Shown: positions 14,879 through 24,818 of the stretch, piece by piece
Position numbering within the stretch: the stretch's first letter is position 1
Layout: each line of letters opens with the position of its first letter
Assembly: GCF_009734345.1 (NCBI RefSeq)
Contig: NZ_CP032551.1
Location: 930,001 to 962,000, forward strand
DNA from: Pseudidiomarina andamanensis
GTDB lineage: Bacteria > Pseudomonadota > Gammaproteobacteria > Enterobacterales > Alteromonadaceae
DNA: 32,000 nucleotides
Reading direction: 5' to 3'
Notes under the pieces: generated by a model
The model's database searches: none
Told to the model about the DNA's origin: nothing
What the model saw: the letters and a program-made list of their open reading frames with translations, nothing else
Position numbers and translations under genes: made by a program

Positions 14879-15238
14879 TGGTGGAGCTGGCGGGAGTTGA
14901 ACCCGCGTCCGTAATACCTACATCCTCGGTCCTACATGCTTAGTCAGTCTTTTAGTTAATCACCAAGTCGCCGACAGACAGGCTACTTAAGGTGACGATC
15001 CCGATTGGTTTTAACGCTTTGGCTACGGGCGAAGCCTCCACGCGAGTCTGCTTTGGGGTGAACCGACTGATCCTAGTCTCACAGACAAAGCGCTAGGGGT
15101 CGGACTCAGCGGGTTATTAAGCCGCTAAAGCGTAGTTGTCGTCGTTTGCAACTATTAAGTTGAGGCTTTTTACGAGGCCAGCCTCACCTCGGCATGCACC
15201 TTGGGTTTCGTTTATTCCGTCGAATCCAAATCAGCCCC
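14879..15238 (-). ncRNA. ssrA: tmRNA (SsrA), one-piece, ~360 nt
   Basis: The minus strand starts GGGGCTGATTTGGATTCGACGG and ends GGGTTCAACTCCCGCCAGCTCCACCA. The tag reading frame is GCA AAC GAC GAC AAC TAC GCT TTA GCG GCT TAA TAA (15149 down to 15114), giving ANDDNYALAA. Confidence 0.95.
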
Positions 15239-15274
15239 TAAGGTTAACGTGTTTAAGTCTACACCTATATGGTG

Positions 15275-15306
15275 GCGCTGTCAGCTATTTCAAGTGCTGA
15301 CAGCGC
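15275..15306 (-). terminator. Perfect 11-bp hairpin downstream of the protease gene (terminator-like, no U-run)
   Basis: GCGCTGTCAGC-tatttcaagt-GCTGACAGCGC lies 13 nt after the protease stop. Confidence 0.4.
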
Positions 15307-15318
15307 AATTAAACACCC

Positions 15319-17244
15319 TTATTGCCATTCAACCAACAAGTCGACACCTGAATAGGCTTGATAACCTTGCAAGCTGATGTACCAGCGACCACTGCCTGGA
15401 TTATCAATCGCACAGGTTTCATTGTTACCTGAACGATATGGGCGACAATCGTAGCTTGATTCAGTTGGCTGAGAACCTTGGCGAACATACAAGTCAGCAT
15501 CACCAGTACCGCCAGACATGGTCACATTCAAGCTCGTCATGCCAGCTGGCAAATCGACATAGTAATGCGTCCACGAGCCTGTTGCGCCTGATAAGTCGGT
15601 CGCTGAAGCTGAACCGCCCTCACCGCCACCAGTGCTTGGCTCAGTGAACGAACCGGTTAGGTTCACACCAGAGAAGCTTGAGTAAGCATTGATCATGACA
15701 TGATAAGTACCAGCTTGTACGTTCGAAATGGTACAAGTTTCGGTATTACCTGACAGATACGGACGGCAATCATAGGTTGATGAGGTAGGTTGTGCACCAA
15801 AGCGAACATAAAGGTCACCATCACCGGTACCACCATTCATGCTAAAGCTTAAGTCGGTTGCACCTGCTGGTACGTCGAGCGTGTAATACAATGATGCACC
15901 CGTACTTGCAGACAGATTCGTTTCGGTAACACCATTGGTTAATACGCCATCTGCCGGTGGCTCACCGCCGCCACCTGAGCCACTGCAGCCGTTGGCGTCG
16001 AGGTAATCAATAGCATCTTTGGTTTGCACTAAACCATAACCAAATTTCACATCGCGGCCTGCCGAGCCCAAATCTTGCGCAGATGCGTTCAGTGCATCAC
16101 GAATTTGTGCAGCACTACAGGTTGGATGATGTGACCAAACAAGTGCGGCAACGCCTGCAACATGTGGCGACGCCATTGAGGTACCGCTCATGTTGCCATA
16201 GTTACCTTGGCTGCCGGTTCCTTCAGGATACGTTGAAAATACATTCACACCCGGTGCGGCAATTTCCACTTGGCTATTCTTTTGTGAGAACGATGCCAGC
16301 GCCTTATTGCTATCAACCGCAGCTACCGACATAACTGCGTTGTATGACGCTGGGTACGAAAGTGCATCGGTTGAGCTATATGCAGAACCGTCGTTACCTG
16401 CAGCGGCAATCAATAAAACGCCTTGATTGAACAAGTTCTGCATGGCGTTCGCTTCGGTTTGGCTAGCACCACCGCCACCTAAGCTCATGTTCACCACATC
16501 AGAGCCGTTGTCCGCGCAGGTTTCAATGGCTGCAACCAATGACGATGAGTAACCCCAACCGCTTGCATTAAATACCTTCACAATGTGCATATTTGGATTA
16601 CTGCCAATCACGCCACGCACACCTAACCCATTGTTTAGCGCGGCAATAGTACCGGCAACATGGGTGCCATGCGGCCCACCTTCGTCATACCAGTTGCCGG
16701 TACCGCTATCGTTGGTACCGTTAATGGTGTCAAAGCGCGTTCCCATATCTTCATGTGGCAAATCTAAACCTGAATCGATCACACAGATTTTTTTACCGCC
16801 TGCGGCAGCTGAAGCGACGCTGTCATCTACGAGGTTTGCTTGCACCATATTGATGCCATATGGCACCGTTTGCGCCATAAAGCGGCGCTTCTGGTCAACT
16901 TCAATGAAATCAACATTCGGATTTTTCTCGAAACGTTTCATGTCTTTTTGGGACATTTCAGCAGCAATAGCAAGGTTATGGCGCATGCTCACTTTGACCT
17001 TACCACCGGCTTTCTCAACCATGCTTTTAGCGCGTGCTAAAGCAAGTTCTGAGCGACCACGGTTACCAGCGCGCTGCACCGCTGCACTGTTCTCTTTAAA
17101 CTTTATAATGAAACGCTGAGTTTCGTTTGTTTCAGTTTGAACACGTTGCAACGGTTGAGCTGAAATCTGTTCAGATGACTGAGCGTAGGCATTGGATACT
17201 GATACGGCGAGAGCCGACAGCGCAAGGAAGGATAACTTTTTCAT
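15319..17244 (-). CDS. Secreted subtilisin-family (S8) serine protease with two C-terminal PPC (pre-peptidase C-terminal) domains
   Basis: The start is reassigned to MKKLSFLALSALAVSVSNAYA, a signal peptide. The catalytic triad motifs are VIDSGLD, HGTHVAGTIAA and GTSMASPHVAG. Two repeated ~100-aa modules follow, each with GDGDLYV/GDADLYV and YDCRPY. Confidence 0.9.
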   Translation of the reverse strand: MKKLSFLALSALAVSVSNAYAQSSEQISAQPLQRVQTETNETQRFIIKFKENSAAVQRAGNRGRSELALARAKSMVEKAGGKVKVSMRHNLAIAAEMSQKDMKRFEKNPNVDFIEVDQKRRFMAQTVPYGINMVQANLVDDSVASAAAGGKKICVIDSGLDLPHEDMGTRFDTINGTNDSGTGNWYDEGGPHGTHVAGTIAALNNGLGVRGVIGSNPNMHIVKVFNASGWGYSSSLVAAIETCADNGSDVVNMSLGGGGASQTEANAMQNLFNQGVLLIAAAGNDGSAYSSTDALSYPASYNAVMSVAAVDSNKALASFSQKNSQVEIAAPGVNVFSTYPEGTGSQGNYGNMSGTSMASPHVAGVAALVWSHHPTCSAAQIRDALNASAQDLGSAGRDVKFGYGLVQTKDAIDYLDANGCSGSGGGGEPPADGVLTNGVTETNLSASTGASLYYTLDVPAGATDLSFSMNGGTGDGDLYVRFGAQPTSSTYDCRPYLSGNTETCTISNVQAGTYHVMINAYSSFSGVNLTGSFTEPSTGGGEGGSASATDLSGATGSWTHYYVDLPAGMTSLNVTMSGGTGDADLYVRQGSQPTESSYDCRPYRSGNNETCAIDNPGSGRWYISLQGYQAYSGVDLLVEWQ

Positions 17245-17518
17245 AGATTTTCTTCTCTTTATTATTATGAGATTGGCGTATAAAAGCCAGTGCTTAACAG
17301 CGGCGGGATACAACATTCGGCTGCAGTTCGGTTACTACACAATTGTTGCTATAGATTTTCGCAACCACACGACCATAACAAGGTTAGTTGTCTAACTAAA
17401 TATTTAAAAAGTAAACCGTATGTAAAATTCAGGTTTTAATTCATGTCAAATTTGTTGATTTGTTAACTAATTATTTCGTATTCTAGCGCTCCCTATAATA
17501 ATAATAACGGATTCTCCC

Positions 17519-18367
17519 ATGCGTAAGATTTTCTTAATTTGTTGCTTTATGTTAGCGGCTGGATGTACCAGCGCTCCTCAGTATCAATCGCCAGCACCGC
17601 TAACAACCAAAGAAAACTCAGAAAGTTATAAATTATTTAAACATGATGGTGTAAATACAGCGAGTCATGTTCAAGTTCATCTAGATGAAGCAAAGGATAT
17701 TGCTTATGTGCAAAGTTTCGGAGGGGGCGGTGTTGCGCTAGGCGTCGCATTTGGTCCACTGGGAGTGCTGGCGAACATCTCGATGATTCAAGCAGAAACG
17801 AAAAGCGACCTCACGCAGTTGTATAATAAAATTCCCATTCCAGTGAGTGCAATGTTTACAGAGGCGGCTTCGGCCAAAAGTATTCATTATGATGACAATG
17901 CAGAAGGTCGTTTTCATCCATTTATGATGGTGGTGCGTGATGAAAATGAGACACTTCGCATGGGTACCGCACTAATTGTTGAATTACCTCAAGCAGACGG
18001 CAAAGTATGGAGTGGTCGATACACCCATCAGACAGCATTGCATGTACCACTCAAAAATGTAGCTGACGGTCTTGACGAAAGCGAGTACAAGACAATCTAT
18101 GATGCCATTCAACAAAGCTTCAATGAATTAACCGATATATATCAACAAGACAGACTTGGTCAGTTGACCGACCATGAGCAAATTCTCGTCAATTCAACTT
18201 TTTTGACACCCCGAATCACTATTGAACTGAATGGCGTTCTATTAAAGCAGGATGAAAATCGCGTACTTGTTCGATCAGGGCTTGGTATTATCTCGCTTCC
18301 TCAAGATGACAGTCTCGAATTAGAAAAAGTTCGTGTCAAAGCAAGTAAAAAACGCGCGAAGAGCTAG
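17519..18367 (+). CDS. Hypothetical lipoprotein
   Basis: 282 aa with lipobox MLAAGC. No domain recognised. Confidence 0.65.
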   Translation: MRKIFLICCFMLAAGCTSAPQYQSPAPLTTKENSESYKLFKHDGVNTASHVQVHLDEAKDIAYVQSFGGGGVALGVAFGPLGVLANISMIQAETKSDLTQLYNKIPIPVSAMFTEAASAKSIHYDDNAEGRFHPFMMVVRDENETLRMGTALIVELPQADGKVWSGRYTHQTALHVPLKNVADGLDESEYKTIYDAIQQSFNELTDIYQQDRLGQLTDHEQILVNSTFLTPRITIELNGVLLKQDENRVLVRSGLGIISLPQDDSLELEKVRVKASKKRAKS

Positions 18368-18379
18368 ATTAGAAATAAC

Positions 18380-19519
18380 TCAATTATTCAACGCGCGACT
18401 GATAACCACAGCCGCGCGCTGTTTACGTCGACCAAAACCAAACGCTCGTTTAAAAGTAGCAAGCGGAATCGGCAAATACTGTCTATCGGCGGCTGATTGC
18501 CACGGAAAACTGTCTTGATCAGGGTCATTGATGTACACGTAATGGTCATCGGCAGCACAGATTAATACCCAGTGCGGCGCTTTGCTTTCGTCAAAAACAT
18601 ACGTACTAATCAGTGCAATCACCAATTTGCCTTTATGAAGGTCATGCAATAGCTGGTTCAGCGTATAATCGCCAACAATAATAGGCACGCCCGCTTGTTT
18701 CAAAGCGGCAATATCGGATTCTTGAATACGCGCCATAATTTGCTTCTTATCAGCACTTCGTACCGAATCAAGTAATAACGGGCCCGATTCACTCACGTGT
18801 AGCTCAACTGACAGGCCACGTTTTAGAGCAGCACGCGCAAGCCCATGAGGGCCACAACCACCATGCCCCGAGGTCATAAATATGGTGGTCGCTTCACGCC
18901 ATATCTCAAGCTCTTCATGATGCGGATCAGGGCACGGAATATCGAAATACGCCATGGCCATCAACAAGCTCGCCGGACCGCAAGTGAACTCGGTGGTTTG
19001 AGTGCGATATGGAACGAGGCGTTGATTGCCGTTATCGAGTGAGTTTGTCTCAAAGCGTGGCAGTAGCTTTTGTAACACCAAGGCATCACTATCATCCTCA
19101 TAATATTCCGGACGAATTTCCATGTCGTAATAACCGGCGTGGTGATACATCTTTAATGCCGCGGTATTATCGGTTTTTACTTCAAGGCGCATGAATAGGC
19201 AAAAGCGTGCATCAGCATCATCTTCGGCGGCATCCAACAATAAACGCCCTACCCCACGTCGACGGAACTCAGGGTCAACAGCTAACGAATATAGACGCGC
19301 TAATTCAGTGGCTTGACGATACAAAACAATATAGTAACCAATCACACGACCATCGAACTTTGCCACTTTGAAGTCGCCAATGTTTTGGTCGATAAAACGA
19401 CGAAAACTACGACGACTAATGCGGTCGGTGACAAAGCTTAAGTTTTCAATTTGTTCTAAAGCGTCGAGATCATCGCGAGTCGCTTGAACAAGTTGAAGTT
19501 GATTAACATTGAATTGCAT
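18380..19519 (-). CDS. GNAT N-acetyltransferase / peptidase C39-like fusion protein
   Basis: The N-terminal half has the RimI-like acetyl-CoA motif (LAVDPEFRRRGVGRLLL). The C-terminal half has papain-like C39 signatures: FTCGPASLLMA (Cys) and APHWVLICAADDHYVYINDP (His). ATG 19519 (MQFNVNQL) is preferred over the track's GTG 19543. Confidence 0.75.
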   Translation of the reverse strand: MQFNVNQLQLVQATRDDLDALEQIENLSFVTDRISRRSFRRFIDQNIGDFKVAKFDGRVIGYYIVLYRQATELARLYSLAVDPEFRRRGVGRLLLDAAEDDADARFCLFMRLEVKTDNTAALKMYHHAGYYDMEIRPEYYEDDSDALVLQKLLPRFETNSLDNGNQRLVPYRTQTTEFTCGPASLLMAMAYFDIPCPDPHHEELEIWREATTIFMTSGHGGCGPHGLARAALKRGLSVELHVSESGPLLLDSVRSADKKQIMARIQESDIAALKQAGVPIIVGDYTLNQLLHDLHKGKLVIALISTYVFDESKAPHWVLICAADDHYVYINDPDQDSFPWQSAADRQYLPIPLATFKRAFGFGRRKQRAAVVISRALNN

Positions 19520-19681
19520 ACAACAGCCTAAGCGTGCGGGCACGCGCTACGATGAGAGCGTTTATTATACGCTGAAAGTTGAACGAAAAAACAACTATCT
19601 GCGCGCAATCGGCTATCGCGCAGACGCTTCGAAAGTGCTAAACTAGCGCGCAAATTTTTTGCCCGAGCTGAGGACCCACCC

Positions 19682-20728
19682 GTGAGCACTGAAAAACCAT
19701 CTTTAAGTTACAAAGACGCTGGCGTTGATATCGATGCAGGTAATGCTTTAGTTGAACGTATTAAAGGCGTCACTAAACGAACCAAACGCCCAGAAGTGAT
19801 GGGGAGCATTGGTGGTTTCGGCGCACTCTGCGAGTTACCTACCAAATACAAGCAACCGGTTTTGGTGTCAGGCACCGACGGTGTGGGCACGAAATTACGC
19901 TTAGCCATTGATTTGAAAAAGCATGACACCGTCGGTATCGATTTGGTGGCCATGTGTGTGAACGATTTGATTGTTCAAGGTGCTGAGCCGCTATTCTTCC
20001 TCGACTATTATGCAACAGGCAAACTTGACGTTGATGTTGCCGCTGACGTGGTCACCGGCATTGGCGAAGGCTGTGTTCAAGCAGGCTGCGCGCTGATTGG
20101 TGGCGAGACCGCTGAAATGCCTGGCATGTACGAGCACGGCGATTACGATATCGCTGGTTTCTGTGTGGGCGTAGTCGAAAAAGAGCAAATTATCGATGGT
20201 AGCAAAGTTGCTCCGGGCGATGCGTTGATTGCTCTGGGTTCTTCAGGTCCGCATTCAAACGGTTACTCGCTGATTCGCAAAATTCTTGAAGTAAGTGAAA
20301 CCAATGCAGCAACTGAGATGCTTGATGGTAAGCCTCTTGCTGAACATCTGTTGGCACCAACGAAAATTTATGTGAAGTCTGTTCTCGCACTGCTTGAAAA
20401 GCATGAGGTACATGCTATTTCGCACATTACCGGTGGCGGCTTCTGGGAAAATATTCCTCGCGTATTACCGGAGTCTGCTAAAGCCGTTATCGACGATAGC
20501 AGCTGGGAGTGGCCAGTGGTATTTAACTGGTTACAACAGAACGGCAACGTGACCACCAAAGAAATGTATCGCACCTTTAACTGTGGTGTTGGTCTGATTA
20601 TGGCTTTACCACAAGCACAAGCAGAGCAAGCCGTTAGCTTGCTTCGTGAGCACGGCGAAGATGCATGGGTGATTGGTCAAGTTGCTGCTCGCACTGCCAA
20701 TGAAGCGCAAGTTGAAATTCATTCATGA
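19682..20728 (+). CDS. purM: Phosphoribosylformylglycinamidine cyclo-ligase (AIR synthetase)
   Basis: 348 aa. [20 protein letters not shown] and DGVGTKL are typical PurM motifs. It is ATGA-coupled to purN. Confidence 0.95.
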   Translation: MSTEKPSLSYKDAGVDIDAGNALVERIKGVTKRTKRPEVMGSIGGFGALCELPTKYKQPVLVSGTDGVGTKLRLAIDLKKHDTVGIDLVAMCVNDLIVQGAEPLFFLDYYATGKLDVDVAADVVTGIGEGCVQAGCALIGGETAEMPGMYEHGDYDIAGFCVGVVEKEQIIDGSKVAPGDALIALGSSGPHSNGYSLIRKILEVSETNAATEMLDGKPLAEHLLAPTKIYVKSVLALLEKHEVHAISHITGGGFWENIPRVLPESAKAVIDDSSWEWPVVFNWLQQNGNVTTKEMYRTFNCGVGLIMALPQAQAEQAVSLLREHGEDAWVIGQVAARTANEAQVEIHS

Positions 20729-21363
20729 AGCGCATTGTTGTCTTAATTAGCGGTTCAGGTACAAACATGCAGGCCATTGTTGAGGCCTGCAAAACACACC
20801 GCATTGCTGGCGAAGTTGTTGCTGTGATTAGTAACAAAGCCGGTGTCGGCGGTCTGGGAAAAGCGCAGGCGGTTGGTATCGAAACGGCGGTATTGTCGCA
20901 CAAAAACTTCGCTACCCGCGAAGCTTACGACGCCGAGCTTTTGAAACTGATTGATGGTTATCAACCCGATTTGGTGGTGTTGGCGGGCTTCATGCGTATT
21001 TTAACGCCGGAGTTCACTCGCCATTATCACGGCCGCATGTTGAATATTCACCCGTCGTTATTACCGAAGTATAAAGGCATTAATACCCATCAGCGCGCGC
21101 TTGATGCCGGTGATACCGAACATGGTGTCAGCGTTCATTTCGTAACGGAAGAGCTCGATGGTGGGCCGGTTATTCTGCAAGCGACTGTGCCTATTTTCCC
21201 AGAAGATACGGCAAGTGATCTGCAGCAACGGGTGCATACACAAGAGCATGCTATTTACCCGTTAGTGGTGAACTGGTTCTGCACTGACCGCCTGCGTTTA
21301 ACGGCAGACGGTGCTGAACTTGACGGTGAATTGCTTGGCGCTGCGGGTTATGCTGCAGAATAA
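20725..21363 (+). CDS. purN: Phosphoribosylglycinamide formyltransferase
   Basis: 212 aa. [29 protein letters not shown] and [11 protein letters not shown] are PurN signatures. Confidence 0.95.
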   Translation: MKRIVVLISGSGTNMQAIVEACKTHRIAGEVVAVISNKAGVGGLGKAQAVGIETAVLSHKNFATREAYDAELLKLIDGYQPDLVVLAGFMRILTPEFTRHYHGRMLNIHPSLLPKYKGINTHQRALDAGDTEHGVSVHFVTEELDGGPVILQATVPIFPEDTASDLQQRVHTQEHAIYPLVVNWFCTDRLRLTADGAELDGELLGAAGYAAE

Positions 21364-21366
21364 TGG

Positions 21367-22065
21367 CTAGTTGAAGGTCTTCAATTGCAAGGTGGCGACC
21401 TCATCGCCATCTTCGCGCTGTTCCATTTTTACCAATACATAATCCAACTTAGGTGCAAACCAGTAATCGGTTTCGCGACGTGAATTTTCTCGAATACGTT
21501 CAACTTTTATGGCTTTAATTTCGCCATAAGGCAATTGCAAAGTCTCTTCGCCGACACGTTTAAACACTAATTCATCGGTTTGGCCTTTCTCATCAACTAC
21601 GGCGTATCGATAATCCGTTTCTTCACCACGCACATCTAGCCGCAACTGCTCAATGCTAGCAGCCTCATCCATATGGTAAACACTCGGATCAACGGCTATC
21701 GGTTGATTGGTTTCTTTATCAATAACAACTTGCTGCTCATGGTCAAACGAACCACTAAAGCCTTTATTGCGACCGGTGCCCGAACGTTTATAAGTAAATT
21801 CGTGCGACGTCACTTTGCCATCGTCAAGACTAAACTCAGACCAATAACGCCGACGGTCAGACAAAAACAACAATGAAATTTCAGTTTCTGTGTACAAATT
21901 GAAATAGCCATCTTCGTACGTCAGCGTGCGCACCGCCTCGCCATATTCGCTCCCACCACGAGTCACCTCATAGCGTGTTTCATAGGGCGTTAACTCGGTC
22001 AAAGCAAAAACCGCAGTTGAAGCTGTCAACGCAACCGTTGCCATTAAACCTTGGACAAATTTCAT
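21367..22065 (-). CDS. Exported DUF3108-like protein
   Basis: Start reassigned to MKFVQGLMATVALTASTAVFA (aggaagg SD). The beta-rich sequence has the YEVTRGGSEYGEA pattern. The family assignment is from memory and uncertain. Confidence 0.5.
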   Translation of the reverse strand: MKFVQGLMATVALTASTAVFALTELTPYETRYEVTRGGSEYGEAVRTLTYEDGYFNLYTETEISLLFLSDRRRYWSEFSLDDGKVTSHEFTYKRSGTGRNKGFSGSFDHEQQVVIDKETNQPIAVDPSVYHMDEAASIEQLRLDVRGEETDYRYAVVDEKGQTDELVFKRVGEETLQLPYGEIKAIKVERIRENSRRETDYWFAPKLDYVLVKMEQREDGDEVATLQLKTFN

Positions 22066-22210
22066 ACACCTTCCTAACTCATTGTTTCGCAATAAAACGT
22101 TTTAACTATAGCTTAAGACATAAACATTGAAAGAAAGTTTAATTATCACCGGCGCTTACGCTTTTATGCTTGAAAAAAGTGATCAAAGAGACTACCCTCA
22201 ACGTACAAAT

Positions 22211-22227
22211 TACTGGTCAGACCTCTA
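22211..22227 (+). promoter_or_regulatory. FadR operator upstream of fadE
   Basis: taCTGGTCaGACcTcTa fits the FadR consensus ANCTGGTCNGACNTNTT. It lies 23 nt upstream of the fadE ATG. Confidence 0.6.
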
Positions 22228-22249
22228 GTAGAACAACGGAGTTAAAAAC

Positions 22250-24709
22250 ATGAGCATTGCCTTATGGGTTATCGCTACCCTGCTTGTATTGGGTGGCTTT
22301 TTGTATTATCGCAGTTCATTGCTCGTTACGAGCATTGGCCTTGTCGGTCTATTTGCCATTGGTAGTTGGTTCGACATCGTCGGCCCCGTGCTATGGATAT
22401 TATTGGCTTTAGTATTAGTACCATTGAATGTGACCCCGTTCCGTCGTGGCGTCCTGACAAAAGGCATTCTTGGTGCATATCGCAAGGTCATGCCAGAAAT
22501 TTCGGAAACTGAAAAAGACGCCATTGATGCAGGTACCACTTGGTGGGAAGGCGAGCTTTTCCGCGGCGCCCCTGCTTGGAAAAAGCTACACAGTATTCAA
22601 AAAGCTGAATTGACTGCTGAAGAACAAGCGTTCTTGGACGGCCCCTGTGAAGAAATCTGCAAAATGATGAACGATTGGGAAGCAACCCACGAGCTTGCAG
22701 ATATGCCCGAACACGTTTGGCAATATCTGAAAGATCATAAGTTCTTCGCAATGATCATTAAGAAAGAATACGGTGGTCTTGAGTTTTCCGCTTACGCACA
22801 ATCACGTGTGCTGCAGAAGCTAGCTGGTGTTAGCACCATTTTGGCATCGACTGTTGGCGTGCCAAACTCGCTTGGTCCAGGCGAATTGTTGCAACATTAT
22901 GGTACGAAAGAGCAAAAAGATTACTACTTGCCTCGCTTGGCAAATGGTCAGGAAATTCCTTGCTTTGCTTTAACTAGCCCAGAAGCTGGCTCAGATGCCG
23001 GCTCGATTCCTGACACTGGCGTGGTTTGCAAAGGCGAGTGGGAAGGCAAAGAAATTGTCGGTATTCGCTTAAACTTCAACAAGCGTTATATCACTCTTGC
23101 GCCAGTTGCAACGGTTCTCGGCTTGGCATTTAAGCTTTCAGACCCAGACAAGTTGTTGGGCGACAAAGAAGAGCTTGGTATTACTGCTGCATTGATTCCG
23201 CATGACACCAAAGGTGTTGAAACGGGTCGTCGTCACTTCCCTCTGAACGTGCCATTCCAAAACGGTCCGGTACGCGGGAAAGATGTGTTCGTCCCACTGG
23301 ATTACATTATCGGTGGCCCAGAAATGGCAGGCAAAGGCTGGCGTATGCTGGTTGAATGTTTGTCGGTGGGTCGTGCAATTACTCTGCCTTCAAACAGCGC
23401 TGGTGGCGTGAAGTCAATTGCACTTGCTACAGGTGCGTACTCATACATTCGTCGCCAGTTCCGTTTGCCAGTCGGTAAAATGGAAGGTGTGCAAGAAGCA
23501 CTGGCACGTATTGGTGGTAACGCTTACTTGATGGATGCAGTGACAACCTTCTCGACCAAAGGGATTGATTTGGGCGAGAAGCCGTCAGTTATTTCGGCTA
23601 TTGCCAAGTACCACATGACCGAGAAGTTACGAGCTTGTATGGATGACGCCATGGATATCCACGGCGGTAAAGGTATCTGCTTAGGCCCGAATAACTATTT
23701 AGGTCGCGGTTACCAAGGTGTACCGGTTGCTATCACGGTTGAGGGTGCCAACATTCTGACCCGTAACTTAATGATTTACGGCCAAGGCGCTATTCGCTGC
23801 CATCCTTATGTACTGGAAGAAATGCTGGCGTCAGCTGAAACCAATGCCGAAGGCTTGAAACGTTTCGATAAAGCTATTTGGGGCCATATTGGCTTCGGTA
23901 TGAGCAACTTCGTTCGCTCGTTGGTGTTAGGTTTAGGCTTCTGGCGATTCACCAGTTCACCATTCAGTGACAGCACTGCAACGTACTACAAGCAAATGAA
24001 TCGCTTTAGTGCCAACTTAGCATTGCTCTCAGACGTTGCAATGGGCGTGTTGGGCGGTTCATTGAAGCGTAAACAGCGTATTTCTGCACGTTTAGGTGAT
24101 ATGTTGAGCTACTTATTCATTGCCTCAGCAACACTAAAACGCTTCGAAGACGAAGGCCGTCAAAAAGACGACTTGCCGCTAATGCATTGGGCGTTACAAG
24201 ACACTTTGTATAAGCTGCAAGAAAGCCAGTTAGCGTTGTTGGATAACTTTGGCTTGGTTGGCAAAACCATGAAAGCCATCATGTATCCATTTGGCCGCAT
24301 TGCGAAGCGCCCTTCAGATAAGTTAGATAGCAAAGTTGCCAAGATCTTGTTGTTGCCCAACGCAAGTCGTGAACGCCTCGGTAAAGGTCAGTTTTTGGCA
24401 CCTGAAGGTCAGTTTGGTTACTTAGAACAAACCTTGCGTGACATCATTGCTGCTGAGCCGCTGTTTGACCGGGTTCGTAAAGCCGCAAATGACCGTCGCA
24501 TGCCGTTTATGTTCTTGGATCAAGTGGCCCAAAAAGGCAAAGAGCTTGGCGTATTAAGCGACGAAGAAGTTGATTTGTTACGCCGTGCTGAACAAGGCCG
24601 TTTGCGTGTCATCAATGTGGATGATTTTGCTCACGAAGACTTGATTGCCGGCAAACATGCCCGCGAAGTCGCGCTAGCCTCGGTAAAGAAGCAAGATAAC
24701 GCGGCATAA
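22250..24709 (+). CDS. fadE: Acyl-CoA dehydrogenase FadE
   Basis: 819 aa, similar in length to E. coli FadE (814 aa). It has the N-terminal membrane segment followed by an ACAD core ([28 protein letters not shown]). Confidence 0.9.
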   Translation: MSIALWVIATLLVLGGFLYYRSSLLVTSIGLVGLFAIGSWFDIVGPVLWILLALVLVPLNVTPFRRGVLTKGILGAYRKVMPEISETEKDAIDAGTTWWEGELFRGAPAWKKLHSIQKAELTAEEQAFLDGPCEEICKMMNDWEATHELADMPEHVWQYLKDHKFFAMIIKKEYGGLEFSAYAQSRVLQKLAGVSTILASTVGVPNSLGPGELLQHYGTKEQKDYYLPRLANGQEIPCFALTSPEAGSDAGSIPDTGVVCKGEWEGKEIVGIRLNFNKRYITLAPVATVLGLAFKLSDPDKLLGDKEELGITAALIPHDTKGVETGRRHFPLNVPFQNGPVRGKDVFVPLDYIIGGPEMAGKGWRMLVECLSVGRAITLPSNSAGGVKSIALATGAYSYIRRQFRLPVGKMEGVQEALARIGGNAYLMDAVTTFSTKGIDLGEKPSVISAIAKYHMTEKLRACMDDAMDIHGGKGICLGPNNYLGRGYQGVPVAITVEGANILTRNLMIYGQGAIRCHPYVLEEMLASAETNAEGLKRFDKAIWGHIGFGMSNFVRSLVLGLGFWRFTSSPFSDSTATYYKQMNRFSANLALLSDVAMGVLGGSLKRKQRISARLGDMLSYLFIASATLKRFEDEGRQKDDLPLMHWALQDTLYKLQESQLALLDNFGLVGKTMKAIMYPFGRIAKRPSDKLDSKVAKILLLPNASRERLGKGQFLAPEGQFGYLEQTLRDIIAAEPLFDRVRKAANDRRMPFMFLDQVAQKGKELGVLSDEEVDLLRRAEQGRLRVINVDDFAHEDLIAGKHAREVALASVKKQDNAA

Positions 24710-24730
24710 CAACTGCTTATCCTGAATCAA

Positions 24731-24759
24731 AGGCCAATCCTCGCGATTGGCCTTTTTTA
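24731..24759 (+). terminator. Rho-independent terminator of fadE
   Basis: AGGCCAATC-ctcgc-GATTGGCCT followed by tttttt. Confidence 0.8.
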
Positions 24760-24818
24760 TGTGTACAATTCGGCCCTTATTACAATAAAACAACCCGAAA
24801 TACAGGAGCTGGAATTGC

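Larger units (their letters stand above)
4211..14904. mobile_element. Composite ssrA-integrated genomic island array (tandem, decayed)
   Basis: The array is bounded by direct repeats of the ssrA 3' end, with an internal third copy at 11652-11720. It contains two tyrosine-integrase pseudogenes, an R-M system and Abi-like genes. Spot G+C counts on single 60-nt lines are 28% at 4441, 38% at 10681 and 35% at 12721, against 50% at 23401. Confidence 0.8.

Noticed and set aside
17245-17316. 24-aa N-terminal extension of the subtilisin ORF (MLYPAAVKHWLLYANLIIIKRRKS)
   Set aside because: The internal MKKLSFLALSALAVSVSNAYA is a canonical signal peptide that should sit at the N-terminus. The extension is AT-rich upstream DNA.
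19599-19623. Palindrome ctgcgcg-N11-cgcgcag between the GNAT-C39 gene and purM
   Set aside because: The arms are short and GC-rich with a long spacer, and the site matches no known operator. It could be chance in a GC-rich stretch.
19650-19662. PurR box upstream of purM (gcaaattttttgc)
   Set aside because: The half-sites GCAAA/TTTGC are present, but the centre is 3 nt (13-nt total) rather than the CG centre of the 12-nt core ACGCAAACGTTTGCGT. Without a PWM score or evidence that the organism has purR, I do not call it.
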